Shown piece by piece: positions 9,834-19,519 of a stretch of 64,000 bases of DNA. The stretch is from NCBI GenBank assembly GCA_965222605.1, contig OZ244960.1:3264001-3328000 (forward strand), read 5' to 3'. The position numbers were made by a program, and so were the translations under genes. Under the pieces are notes generated by a model that did not search any database, was not told the DNA's origin, and saw only the letters and a program-made list of their open reading frames with translations. The stretch comes from Candidatus Latescibacterota bacterium. GTDB taxonomy: Bacteria; Latescibacterota; UBA2968. Positions within the stretch are counted from its first letter, which is position 1; each line of letters opens with the position of its first letter.

Positions 9834-10176
9834 GAGCTTCTCCTCTTTGTATTTCGGAGTGACGTGTTACCGCCGTCTTATATGCGTTTGGTGGTTTATA
9901 TATGTTGCCTTTATGGGTAAAACCACACAAAAATGTTATCTGCCTTAACGATGGAAAGTAACAGAATATTCGATGTGGTACACGGTGTTCACCGGGCCAA
10001 CGCGCTTCGTGCAATGCTTGAAATTTGTCAAAGTAAGGTCTTTGGAGTTGAGTAAGTTGTTTTACAATACGCAAAAACCGTTTAAGACGCGATCTGTTGT
10101 TCGGAGATAATCTCTGATACCAGTCAGTTACAGGGAGCCGACCATTTTTACTTTGATATTCTTGGAAATACCACAC
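9811..10176 (-). CDS. RelE/ParE-superfamily (Gp49-like, HigB) toxin
   Basis: YQSKNGRLPVTDW...LHEARW...HRIFCYF...FLCGFTHK; toxin-before-HTH order. Confidence 0.7.
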   Translation of the reverse strand: MWYFQEYQSKNGRLPVTDWYQRLSPNNRSRLKRFLRIVKQLTQLQRPYFDKFQALHEARWPGEHRVPHRIFCYFPSLRQITFLCGFTHKGNIYKPPNAYKTAVTRHSEIQRGEAHELEFKL

Positions 10177-10330
10177 ATCTACCCCACTTCACAGGCCCTA
10201 CGCAGGTGTACAAAGTAAATTAAACGATGACGAGATGAAATAAATTAGCAAAGCGCATATCTGAAAGCAAGGGAATAAATTTTGACAGGACATAGCTACA
10301 TTTGCGAACAGAGAAATGGATAGTTTTTAA

Positions 10331-12676
10331 TTATTGTTCCATAATTCTTTCTATGGCCTTTTGGTATCTATCTGAAAGAGTCTCTTCCTCTCGCTTTGTT
10401 ACTCGTTCATTGATTTCATTTTTGTTTAAAATAAACAGTGCCTCTTGAGAGCTTGTTTGCTGGCTTATCAAATCATGAACCACAACTTCAATCTGATAGA
10501 GACCCGGTTTTAATTTTTCTGTATCCAATTCAATATATACCGGCTCTGTGGTGCTGTTTCCATTATAGTCAGAACTAATCGAGATCTCTGGCTTTTTGTC
10601 GGTAACTAATTTGCCCAGGAAATATGATATGCTGCCCAATAGACTGGCATTTTTTCGTACATCTTCCCATATCGTGTATTTAATGCGGAATTTCGTTTGA
10701 CCAAATGCATCTTTTTGCAAATTGTAGATTTCGTAATAGATATTAACTGCCTGATTTCTGAGATAATTTCGCGTGGGCATGGGAATGACCCAAACATCGC
10801 CCTTTTGAAACTTGTATGATTGGGGTTCGGTGAAAATGTGCCAGGCCATTTCAATATCGCTTATGCTCAGTGAATCAACAGCATAATTTGGGATGTGAAT
10901 TTGCTGTTGAAAGAACCCCCATTTTCCAGAATTTTGGTCCGTGAGATGAATGATGAGTCGATAGTCTCCCGATGAAGCTTTGAGAGACATGGCATCAATC
11001 GCGATACCGGATTGCATATTTGACAAAGATACCGTCTGTTGAGAGCTGTTGATGACAACACCTTCCTCATTCACAAGAGATGCCGTCCAGTTAACAAGTG
11101 CAGGGGTTTTTGAGGTGTCATTTGGGGCAAAAATATCCTTTGGCAATAATCCAAGATAAATATTCTGATCTGTTTCGCGGTTCTTTCCCCGGAATGTCGC
11201 CAGGTCATAGTAAAAGTTCAAAATATCAGTGCCGGGTATTCCATTATAAAAATCCGGTGCCTCTTTGGCATGGTGCCCAATAATAACTTGAGGATGGAAA
11301 TCTTGTGCTGCTACTGCCATTTTAGGACTCTTGGGAGGGAGCGGATAATCCCAACCGCCACTCATAAATCGATCCGTAAATACAATTTCTATGCCTTTGC
11401 CAATACCGAGATAAATCCACGATTCCCATGGGACTATGGGCGAACCACCGCGATCGCGATCTATCGGATAAATAGGATCTGTCAGAGCACCTTTACTCTG
11501 CTTGCGCTTCAGTGTGTTCCATTCGGGAACTTGCTCTATGCGCTCAGCCCTTTGAATATTTAAAGCAAGTTCGTAAGCCAATCTTTCCTTCAAAAATTCA
11601 ACAGATAGGGGAGGGACTGTGCCTCCATGATTTCCGCCAAATTTATGATCCGGTTCACCAAATTTGATATACACCTCGCCGCGCCGATCCCAGGGTTGTT
11701 TCCCGTTAAAAAACTGGCGTGCATACCATACTCGTCGATAGTGTTCTATTTTCCTGATATTGGCCTTTACACTCAATAAGGGGTCTCGCTTCTTCCAAAA
11801 TTCATTTATGAACATTCCTCGTTCTTCTTGTTTTAAGCTGCTAAAGATATTTTGTTCTTCGGGCGACATCATAGATGTGATGTTATCGTAATATCTGCGC
11901 TCATCTTCTGGAATCAAACGCAGGAACCGGTGAAATAAATAATCAGCCACCTTTACTTCACCCATGGCTGCGTAGGCTTGAGCCTGAAGCGGTAACCAAT
12001 AGTCTTTGTCCGCGTGACTTGCTGGTAATTGTTCAATAATCTCTAAAACCATCTTATACCGATAGTCCTTTGCGTAATTCAGTGCCATTTGATACAGAAA
12101 GTCCGCATCTTGTGGAACTAACTGAAGATATGACTTAAAATACGCCAGCATTTTCTGTTCGTTTTTTTGTTCGGCATACCATTCTGCAAGTGCCATGTGA
12201 GCAGGTGCATATAAAGAATCATCCTTGACAATGCCTTTTAGAGTTGATACGGCATCGGTACTTTTGTCTTTCATTTGCAGATGTACAATATCCATTTTTA
12301 CTTCTGTCATATTTGGATCTATGGCAAGTGCGCGACGAAGATTATAAAAGGCTTTTTGCAGTTTGCCTTTTTGGTTCGCGTATGTTAAGCCCAATCCGTG
12401 ATACGCTTGTGCTGATTTTGTGTAACGAATGGCTTTTTTAAATGCTTCTTCGGCCTGCTTAAAGTCTTTCTGCTTCAACGTCAGCCAACCCAATTGCATA
12501 TAGGCATCTCCGTCTTTGGAATTATCCTGTAAATGGGATGTAAGAACCTCAATAGAGTCTGTTAACGACTCGAGATTTAATTGGTCATACGCTACATCAG
12601 GCTGATTCTCGATTCCCCACAATATTTGCGGAAATAAGAAGATCCAGAGCAGCAACCAATGGTTCTTTTTTTTCAT
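10331..12676 (-). CDS. Exported TPR + GWxTD-domain protein (paralogue 1)
   Basis: Signal peptide, TPR repeats, FWKKRDP...EHYRRVWYA...PWDRRGEVYIKFGEPD, C-terminal beta domains (LSISDIE, IYYEIYNL, PGLYQIEV). Confidence 0.85.
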   Translation of the reverse strand: MKKKNHWLLLWIFLFPQILWGIENQPDVAYDQLNLESLTDSIEVLTSHLQDNSKDGDAYMQLGWLTLKQKDFKQAEEAFKKAIRYTKSAQAYHGLGLTYANQKGKLQKAFYNLRRALAIDPNMTEVKMDIVHLQMKDKSTDAVSTLKGIVKDDSLYAPAHMALAEWYAEQKNEQKMLAYFKSYLQLVPQDADFLYQMALNYAKDYRYKMVLEIIEQLPASHADKDYWLPLQAQAYAAMGEVKVADYLFHRFLRLIPEDERRYYDNITSMMSPEEQNIFSSLKQEERGMFINEFWKKRDPLLSVKANIRKIEHYRRVWYARQFFNGKQPWDRRGEVYIKFGEPDHKFGGNHGGTVPPLSVEFLKERLAYELALNIQRAERIEQVPEWNTLKRKQSKGALTDPIYPIDRDRGGSPIVPWESWIYLGIGKGIEIVFTDRFMSGGWDYPLPPKSPKMAVAAQDFHPQVIIGHHAKEAPDFYNGIPGTDILNFYYDLATFRGKNRETDQNIYLGLLPKDIFAPNDTSKTPALVNWTASLVNEEGVVINSSQQTVSLSNMQSGIAIDAMSLKASSGDYRLIIHLTDQNSGKWGFFQQQIHIPNYAVDSLSISDIEMAWHIFTEPQSYKFQKGDVWVIPMPTRNYLRNQAVNIYYEIYNLQKDAFGQTKFRIKYTIWEDVRKNASLLGSISYFLGKLVTDKKPEISISSDYNGNSTTEPVYIELDTEKLKPGLYQIEVVVHDLISQQTSSQEALFILNKNEINERVTKREEETLSDRYQKAIERIMEQ

Positions 12677-12757
12677 TATGTACCTCCTATTGGCACATGT
12701 TGAACAATCAAACTCAGGTCATTACCTTTATACAGTTTTATACAGCAATAGTTTCGA

Positions 12758-14743
12758 TCAATACCATTTATGAACCGTATGTCCGCGGGGCATGAACCAT
12801 AGCGCATCTACAATGAGGCCCAGTGCGGTTGATAAGATGTATGCCACGAGCATGCCGACAAAAAACGGCTTTGAGCGGCGGTAAAAGGGCGCTCCGCCAA
12901 TGCGCAATAATGTGAATTTGATCAGCCAGGCGGCAAAGATGGTGAAGCTGGTGAGGCGGGCGAGCATGGTGCCCGATAGGGCGAGTCCGATGGGGTGCAG
13001 GGGCCACGATGTGAATTGGTATCGCAAGAATAGCAGGGCGTACATGGCGAGTGCCCCGATAAGAAAGAACCAGTAGTCGATCACTTCCATCGGTTGCGGC
13101 GATACGATTGCGTTGACGGAATTTTGATATCCGCCTACGCCAGCGCGAATGATGAGCCAGTTTGGCGAGAAATTATACCCGCCAATGCGATAGCCCAGCC
13201 ATATTGTAAATAGGGTGGATGAGACGATACCGACTACAAAAGCCACGCAGAGGCCGCCAAAGAGGGGGCGTTTGTTGCCGGGGATGAAGTCGGATAGGCG
13301 GTTGAGGTGCGTACCCACGGAAAAGGTAAATCCGCGAAAGTGATTGATGGCAACAGATGCGGGATAGAGCATGGCGTGTGTTGCTGCGGGAATGGCGCGG
13401 GCGCCGCCCATGAGCGCGGTTGTCAGGGACCAGGCCGAGGCCGGCGCATTGACGTAAATAAGTCCAGAATCGGCCAGGATTTTTGATACAGCGCCGTATG
13501 TCAAGAACATGGTTGGCAACAGGATGGCGATGACTTTCCACGCAATGCCCGATGCCGACAACCAGACCAGTGCGTAGGCGATTGAAACGGCGAGGCCGCA
13601 AAAGGCCGCGCGATAGGACATGAGTTCGCGGCTGTCGTCTATGTGCTCGCTTTTTGGATAAAGGGCTTTTTGAAATGCCTCTTTTAGATGTGCCCGCGCA
13701 ATCCATACCCACCACAGAGATAGGGCGACAAATGCGCCTGTTGTTTGCCAGGAATAGCGTTTGGTGGCATAGTAGCGGTGAAAGGCCGGTACGCCCAGTT
13801 GATCGAGAATGCCGGATTCTACGGTGAACATGAGATCGAAGAGCCACAGGCTGAGCAATACTTCCAGGCTCGCAAAATACGAAAAGCATATTCCGACGGT
13901 GCTTACGAATACCCACTGCGGCGGAAAGTTCCGGCCTATGGGTACCCAGGTGCCACCAGCGGTTGGAAATCTTGGCAGCGCGGGATGAAACCACGCGATG
14001 ATGTTCCAGACGAATATCACGCCTACCACGCCAAATCCGGTCCAGAACATCCGACCTTGCATAAATTCGGGCAAATAGGTCCGCCCGGTGCCGGGCTGTG
14101 TGGTCAGTTCAACGATGGGTTCCATCGCGGGATAGACCAGTTTTTCGTATTCTGCCCATTGTTTGCGCATGATGACCGAGGCACAAAAGCAGGCGAGTGC
14201 CACTGCACATATAAAGGTGAACCACCAGAAGAGCGGTCCGATCCAGACGGACCAGGGCACGGGCGCACCGGCGGGCAAGCCATCGTAAAACCAGTTCATT
14301 GCGCCGTCGCGATTGGATGGGATAATCCAATCGGGCAGGTACGGATGCAAAAACTCTGCCCATCGGTTTTCGGGTGTGGAAAAATAGTAGGGGGTTACGA
14401 TGACGCCGACGAGATATCCGCTTACGCCATAAGTGGGACCGAGGGAGCTGATAAAGCCCATTGAAAAGATTACGAGCCATTCGCTCGGTGAAAAGGCAAA
14501 GGGTTTGCCAAACCACCGCGCGAGCACACTGCAGACAATCAGACACAATAGTGTGAGCATCAGATTGCCCATGGGCATGTGGCTGTAGGCCATGAAGGAG
14601 CTGTGCAAGATATATCGCACGACTGTTGCCAGTGCGCTGATTGCTATGACCAGCACAAGCCCAAAGATCAGTGATCGGACTGTGACCCCTTTGTTCGCAT
14701 GATCTGGCGAATCTGCGATTGGATATGTTTGTTCTGCGCTCAT
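12758..14743 (-). CDS. DUF6785/DUF6784-type multipass membrane protein (putative OPT-like transporter)
   Basis: YYFSTPENRW, IMRKQWAEYEKLVYP, WPLHPIG and KPFFVGM motifs; many TM helices. Confidence 0.8.
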   Translation of the reverse strand: MSAEQTYPIADSPDHANKGVTVRSLIFGLVLVIAISALATVVRYILHSSFMAYSHMPMGNLMLTLLCLIVCSVLARWFGKPFAFSPSEWLVIFSMGFISSLGPTYGVSGYLVGVIVTPYYFSTPENRWAEFLHPYLPDWIIPSNRDGAMNWFYDGLPAGAPVPWSVWIGPLFWWFTFICAVALACFCASVIMRKQWAEYEKLVYPAMEPIVELTTQPGTGRTYLPEFMQGRMFWTGFGVVGVIFVWNIIAWFHPALPRFPTAGGTWVPIGRNFPPQWVFVSTVGICFSYFASLEVLLSLWLFDLMFTVESGILDQLGVPAFHRYYATKRYSWQTTGAFVALSLWWVWIARAHLKEAFQKALYPKSEHIDDSRELMSYRAAFCGLAVSIAYALVWLSASGIAWKVIAILLPTMFLTYGAVSKILADSGLIYVNAPASAWSLTTALMGGARAIPAATHAMLYPASVAINHFRGFTFSVGTHLNRLSDFIPGNKRPLFGGLCVAFVVGIVSSTLFTIWLGYRIGGYNFSPNWLIIRAGVGGYQNSVNAIVSPQPMEVIDYWFFLIGALAMYALLFLRYQFTSWPLHPIGLALSGTMLARLTSFTIFAAWLIKFTLLRIGGAPFYRRSKPFFVGMLVAYILSTALGLIVDALWFMPRGHTVHKWY

Positions 14744-15101
14744 AAGGGGCTGGGAACAGGAACCACCGAACAGATACTGTCATGAGCAACCAATGATAGC
14801 ATAGTTACCCCGGCAATCCCGCGATCAGTTCCCTGGATGTCAATGAGTAGTGTCCGAACATTTCGAGAAAAAGCACGGCGCCCCGCGTCTGTCCGAGGTT
14901 TTCGTGCGTTTCAAAAGATTCCATTCCCGTGCGGTTTTCACTTTACCATTGTTTTTTTAGAGCGGTAAATTTTCGTGGCTTATCACCGCTATGTGTGACT
15001 ATATTAGCCCAACTCAATCGCAAAGTTACGTGACATATTTTGAAATACAAGAAAATTTGGGCTTGCTTCAAACGCAAAAAAGTCCATTCCTCGAAAATAC
15101 T

Positions 15102-17090
15102 ATGGCCCTTCCCAAAACTCTGTCTCCCATATCTGAAGATGCCCAAAGAAAAGAGGCGCGCATTACGCCTCGCAGTATCGCGTTGGGGCTTCTGATTTCA
15201 TGTTTGGCGAGTGCATGGGTGACGTATTCTCGCACGGCTGCCAATACTTCTGCCGTCAATATTACGCATCTTCCGGTTTCCATTTTTGCCATTTTTCTGT
15301 GTGTTTTTATCGCTAATACGCTCTTGAAAATTCGGTTTGGTAGGCAGGGGCTGGCTTCTCGAGAATTGGCTGTTATTTTCGCGATGGGCCTGATCGGTGC
15401 GATTATTCCCGCGCGTGGGCTAACCGGTGTCTGGCTGGGGCTGATGGCCGCGCCTCATTATCTGGCAACGCCGGAGAACGGATGGATTGGCAATGTTCAG
15501 CCCTATCTTCCGTCCTATCTTTTTCCCTCCAATGAACACGGCCAGACCACGTTTCTGTACGAGGGGCTACCATCGGGTGTGCCCATTCCGTGGGAGGTCT
15601 GGGTGGGTCCGGTTTTCTGGTGGGTTACGCTTATTTTGGCCGGGTTTGTGGTGTGTTTTTGTCTGGTGGTTATTCTTCGCAAGCAATGGGTTGAGAGCGA
15701 GCGTCTGGATTATCCCTTGCTCGCGCCTGTTCTCGAGATGGTTGCCGAAACACGCGATTCTTCGGGACGAAGCGGCTGGCCGGTCCTGTTTCGGGGGTAT
15801 CTTTTTTGGATTGGTTTTGGTCTGGCTTTTGGGATTATTGGCTGGAATATTATTACTTATTTTTCCACCACGGTTCCTCGCATTAGCATGAGTCCCAATG
15901 CCGGGCTTTTTTATTTTGCGCGCCTTTTTCCACCGCTGTTGACACATATTAATACTTATACGATCGGTTTCGGATATTTTGTCAATCTCGAAATTCTTTT
16001 TTCGATATGGTTTTTCCACTTTGTGCTGATGGGCGAAATTGCTCTTATCCGAAAAACCGGTTTTCAGTTTGGACGCATGCACCAGAAGGGCGGTGGATGG
16101 GGTGATCCCCTGGTGCAGTGGCAGTGCATGGGCGCGCTTTTTGTGTTTGTGGCGTGGGGTCTCTGGACAGCGCGACGGCATTTGAAGGCGGTTTTTCGGA
16201 AGGCATGGAACGACGATCCCGATGTGGATGACGCGGATGAACTTCTTTCTTATCGCACCGCGGTGATCGGCTTGATTGTCGGCATTGTCTATATCATTGC
16301 CTGGCTTCTGAAGGCGGGGGTCGCGCCGGGTCTCCTAATGATCACCATTCCGGCTGCTATTGTGATCTATCTCGCTCTTGCACGCTTTGTGTGCGAGTCG
16401 GGTACGCTGTACCTGGGTATTCCCACGACGCCTCTCGATATGGGATTTCAACTCATCGGCACTGTTACCATTGATCCGAGGACGATTGCCGTGGGTTCTA
16501 CTGCCCACGCGCTGCGCTGGATGCTGTTTATGCCGGCTCTGTCGCAGTGTGCCAAAGTTTTTGACCGCGTGCCGGGCAATAAGCGCGTGCTTTTTTGGGT
16601 GTTGCTTTTGGGGTTGGGCGGTGCGCTGGTGGTCAATATTTCGATGGTGCTCTATCTGGGCTATACACACGGGGCGTACAATTTTACGGAGTATCCTTTT
16701 ACGCGGTACGCACCTCGTCTTTACGACGCTGTTGTGAACAACATCAAATCTCCAGAACCAGCGTCATGGGAGCGGGTAGTGCTGTTCGGCTTGGGGGGCC
16801 TCATTTTTGCGATTCTCACTGCTCTTCGGTATCGTCTGCCCTGGTGGCCTATCCATCCCGTGGGTTTTATTATTACGACGACCAGTATCCTCCACGAAAT
16901 TACGTCTCTTATTATTGTCTGGCTGTTCAAAGCTATTGTCACCCGGGTGGGCGGTGTATCTCTCTACCAGAAGTACCGTCCGCTCTTTTTTGGTATTATT
17001 GCGGGCAGGGCCACGGGTGTGCTCATTTCGTTTATTGTCGATTTGATCTGGTTCCCCGGCGGGGGTCACGGGGTACACGGTTGGGCGTGA
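15102..17090 (+). CDS. DUF6785/DUF6784-type multipass membrane protein, divergent paralogue
   Basis: HYLATPENGW, ILRKQWVESERLDYP, WWPIHPVG and RPLFFGI motifs; start set at MALPK. Confidence 0.8.
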   Translation: MALPKTLSPISEDAQRKEARITPRSIALGLLISCLASAWVTYSRTAANTSAVNITHLPVSIFAIFLCVFIANTLLKIRFGRQGLASRELAVIFAMGLIGAIIPARGLTGVWLGLMAAPHYLATPENGWIGNVQPYLPSYLFPSNEHGQTTFLYEGLPSGVPIPWEVWVGPVFWWVTLILAGFVVCFCLVVILRKQWVESERLDYPLLAPVLEMVAETRDSSGRSGWPVLFRGYLFWIGFGLAFGIIGWNIITYFSTTVPRISMSPNAGLFYFARLFPPLLTHINTYTIGFGYFVNLEILFSIWFFHFVLMGEIALIRKTGFQFGRMHQKGGGWGDPLVQWQCMGALFVFVAWGLWTARRHLKAVFRKAWNDDPDVDDADELLSYRTAVIGLIVGIVYIIAWLLKAGVAPGLLMITIPAAIVIYLALARFVCESGTLYLGIPTTPLDMGFQLIGTVTIDPRTIAVGSTAHALRWMLFMPALSQCAKVFDRVPGNKRVLFWVLLLGLGGALVVNISMVLYLGYTHGAYNFTEYPFTRYAPRLYDAVVNNIKSPEPASWERVVLFGLGGLIFAILTALRYRLPWWPIHPVGFIITTTSILHEITSLIIVWLFKAIVTRVGGVSLYQKYRPLFFGIIAGRATGVLISFIVDLIWFPGGGHGVHGWA

Positions 17091-17299
17091 TGGGGTGTGC
17101 GGACATATCTAACTCTGGCTGTCTTTATATTACAATTGGCGATGATTATGAATAGCGTATGGGGGCTGCTAATCCGAGCCATTTCACACATCAAGGCCGT
17201 GTGGGCTTGAATTATGCACACCCCTCATTTATATGATTGTCTTTTGAGGAATTTAATCTATATTTCTTCACAAAAGCAATGGGATCCCGGAGAAAGCAC

Positions 17300-17482
17300 A
17301 TGATACAAAAAGTCGTTCAAAAACGAAATCTGACAACGCATTCTCAGGCAAAAGAAGATCTGGCCTATTGGCTGAGTCGGCCCGCAGAAGAGCGGGTTTT
17401 GGCTGTAGAATATCTCAGGCGACAACACCATGGGAGTACAGGAAGACTTCAAAGAGTTGCTCGCATTATTAAACGCGCATGA
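17300..17482 (+). CDS. Small protein partnering a nucleotidyltransferase (putative TA component)
   Basis: DLAYWLSRPAEERVLAVEYLR...RLQRVARIIKR; overlaps the NTase gene. Confidence 0.7.
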   Translation: MIQKVVQKRNLTTHSQAKEDLAYWLSRPAEERVLAVEYLRRQHHGSTGRLQRVARIIKRA

Positions 17483-17877
17483 TGTTGAATATGTGATCGT
17501 GGGTGCTTACGCGCTTTCACATCATGGTGTACCGCGATACACCGGAGATTTGGACATTTTGATTCGGGCAGAAACCGAAAATGCGCGACGAATTTTAGAT
17601 GCTTTATCTGAATTTGGATTCGGAAATCTGGAATTGACATTGACAGACTTTACCATGCCCGATCATGTCATTCAACTTGGATATCCTCCCGTGCGTATTG
17701 ATCTGATTACGTCACACAGGTGTCTCATGGGAAGAAGTAGCAGAAAACAGGGAAACGGGAATATATGGCGGCATTGAGGTCTTTTATATCGGGCGACCTC
17801 AACTGGTGAAAAACAAACGTCTTACTGGTCGCCAAAAAGATTTGGCCGACCTGGAGGCACTCGAAGAAAGCGAATAA
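17430..17877 (+). pseudogene. Minimal nucleotidyltransferase (DUF6036-like), frameshifted at ~17715
   Basis: VGAYALSHHGVPRYTGDLD motif; the natural C-terminus TGVSWEE...NKRLTGRQKDLADLEAL continues in another frame to TAA 17877. Confidence 0.75.
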
Positions 17878-17906
17878 AGATCACCGATGTGCTGTTCTCC
17901 ATTGTA

Positions 17907-17945
17907 TAAAAAAGCCTTGCAGAATCCTCTGTGAGGCTTTTTTTA
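17907..17945. terminator. Bidirectional terminator
   Basis: AAAAAAGCCTTGCAGA-atcc-TCTGTGAGGCTTTTTT. Confidence 0.75.
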
Positions 17946-17949
17946 TTAA

Positions 17950-18073
17950 TCTTTTCGAAATCGCCTATCAGACTGATAGCGATGGAGAAACTGCGTGTTC
18001 CTGTCCTGCCGTGTGCATCGGTGACAGTCACGGTAAGTGTGAAAGTGCCTCTCTGTGTTGGCGTGCCTTTCAT
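17950..18073 (-). pseudogene. Fragment of a putative Ig (He_PIG-like) repeat
   Basis: KGTPTQRGTFTLTVTVTDAHGRTGTRSFSIAI matches the second half of He_PIG/Ig repeats; no full gene is present. Confidence 0.55.
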
Positions 18074-18159
18074 CGCTTCCTACAATATCCGTCTAATTCG
18101 ACCAGGTGCCGCCATTTTCTCTCTGCTGATATTGATACTTCTCGATGGCAGACCATGCA

Positions 18160-18194
18160 AAAGCCTCGTCTGACAAAGGTCAAACGGGGCTTTT
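18160..18194 (-). terminator. Terminator of the Lys-rich gene
   Basis: AAAGCCTCGTCTGAC-aaag-GTCAAACGGGGCTTT stem-loop. Confidence 0.6.
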
Positions 18195-18219
18195 AATATT
18201 GGCGGGTATATCTGCGGAC

Positions 18220-19371
18220 TCAAGCGTTTTTCAAGGCATTTACCGCTTCTATCAATCGCCGATCGGCTTTGTAGCGCAACTCTAAGATCGCGTCTATATC
18301 CGCCAGTGCGTTCGACTCGGCCTGCAGGCGGCATACGTCAATGCGGTCTGACAGGGCATTCATCACCAGGTCCAGCAACATCAAATCTGTGACATCGTCG
18401 GCAACCATACACTCATCTGCCAGAACTTTGCGGACCATTTCCAGGGGTTTTTTGAGTGCCTCGGCGTCTGGGATGGTTTCGCGGTTTCCATAGTTGACCA
18501 GTTCGGGCGACAAACTGCCGAGAAAGCCTTCGCTGATAAATTGCCGCGTTTTGTCTTCGGTCCACGATTGCGCCAATATTTGTGTCAGTTTGTTCGACGG
18601 TTGATCGGGTTTCTTTTCTCGACTGCGATCGCTTGTGCGCTTTGAAGACCGCTGCCTGTTCTGATTGCTTTGTTCGTTGCGCTGGCGTCCTTTAGGTTGG
18701 CGAGACACATTGCGCGGGTCTTCTTTTTTTGGTTCATTTCGCGTGTTTTGAGCGGGTGTTTCGGTTCGCGCTTGCGGTTGTGCTTCTGGCTCAGCAGATG
18801 CTTCAACGGGTTGCTCTTCTGCGTTCGCGTCCTGCCGTCGAGTGGGTTGGGCAGGTGTGGTTACGCCAACGCGGTCTTGCCAGCCGATTGGTGCCGACCG
18901 CCTTGTTCGACGCCCCCATTGCATTTCTTCGGTTTGTGCATCCTGGGGTGTTGCTTCTCCAGTTTTTTGGTCTTGTGCAACAATTGCTTCGGTCTTTTCG
19001 GTCTCTCTGCGCTGTCTGGATGGCGGCGATGAAATCACCGTGCGCTCTTCCTGTTCGGCTGGCATTTCAGCCTTTTTCGCAGGCTTTTTGGCTTTCTGCA
19101 CAGGCTTTTTGGCTGATTGCTTTTTCGCTGTTTTTTTAGATGGCTGCTTTTTCGCAGGTTTTTTGGACGACCGTTTTTTCGATACACGCGGCGCAGGAGA
19201 TTTGGTGCTTTCAGACGTTTGTTTTTTTTCAGTCGTACGCGTTTTCTTAGCTGGCTTTTTGGCTGTTTTTTTTGTTGCCTGCTTTTTTGACGGACGTTTT
19301 GCTTTTTTTGCTGTGGATGTCGCGCCTTGAGTTTCTCGAGGTTCATCAGCCTGGGGTTTCGTTTTTGCCAT
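18220..19371 (-). CDS. Hypothetical protein with histone H1-like Lys/Ala/Pro-rich N-terminus, long disordered linker and helical C-terminal domain
   Basis: Repeated AKKPAKK/KKTAKK motifs; AAGGA RBS before MAKTK. Confidence 0.75.
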   Translation of the reverse strand: MAKTKPQADEPRETQGATSTAKKAKRPSKKQATKKTAKKPAKKTRTTEKKQTSESTKSPAPRVSKKRSSKKPAKKQPSKKTAKKQSAKKPVQKAKKPAKKAEMPAEQEERTVISSPPSRQRRETEKTEAIVAQDQKTGEATPQDAQTEEMQWGRRTRRSAPIGWQDRVGVTTPAQPTRRQDANAEEQPVEASAEPEAQPQARTETPAQNTRNEPKKEDPRNVSRQPKGRQRNEQSNQNRQRSSKRTSDRSREKKPDQPSNKLTQILAQSWTEDKTRQFISEGFLGSLSPELVNYGNRETIPDAEALKKPLEMVRKVLADECMVADDVTDLMLLDLVMNALSDRIDVCRLQAESNALADIDAILELRYKADRRLIEAVNALKNA

Positions 19372-19455
19372 ACTATCCTTTCGCAAATGGGTTGCTCAAA
19401 TTTGGTTTAAGTCTATGCATAATATAGACAAAACTTCCCATAAATTCAAACAAAC

Positions 19456-19489
19456 AAAAAAAAGGGGCTGACCAACGGTCAGCCCCTTG
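19456..19489 (-). terminator. groESL terminator
   Basis: AAGGGGCTGACC-aac-GGTCAGCCCCTT with a U-run on the minus strand. Confidence 0.85.
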
Positions 19490-19519
19490 CGGAGGTTGAG
19501 CATATTTTGACAGCTCAAT

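Noticed and set aside
19035-19330. A/T-tract repeats as a non-coding repeat element
   Set aside because: Explained by Lys codons of the H1-like protein
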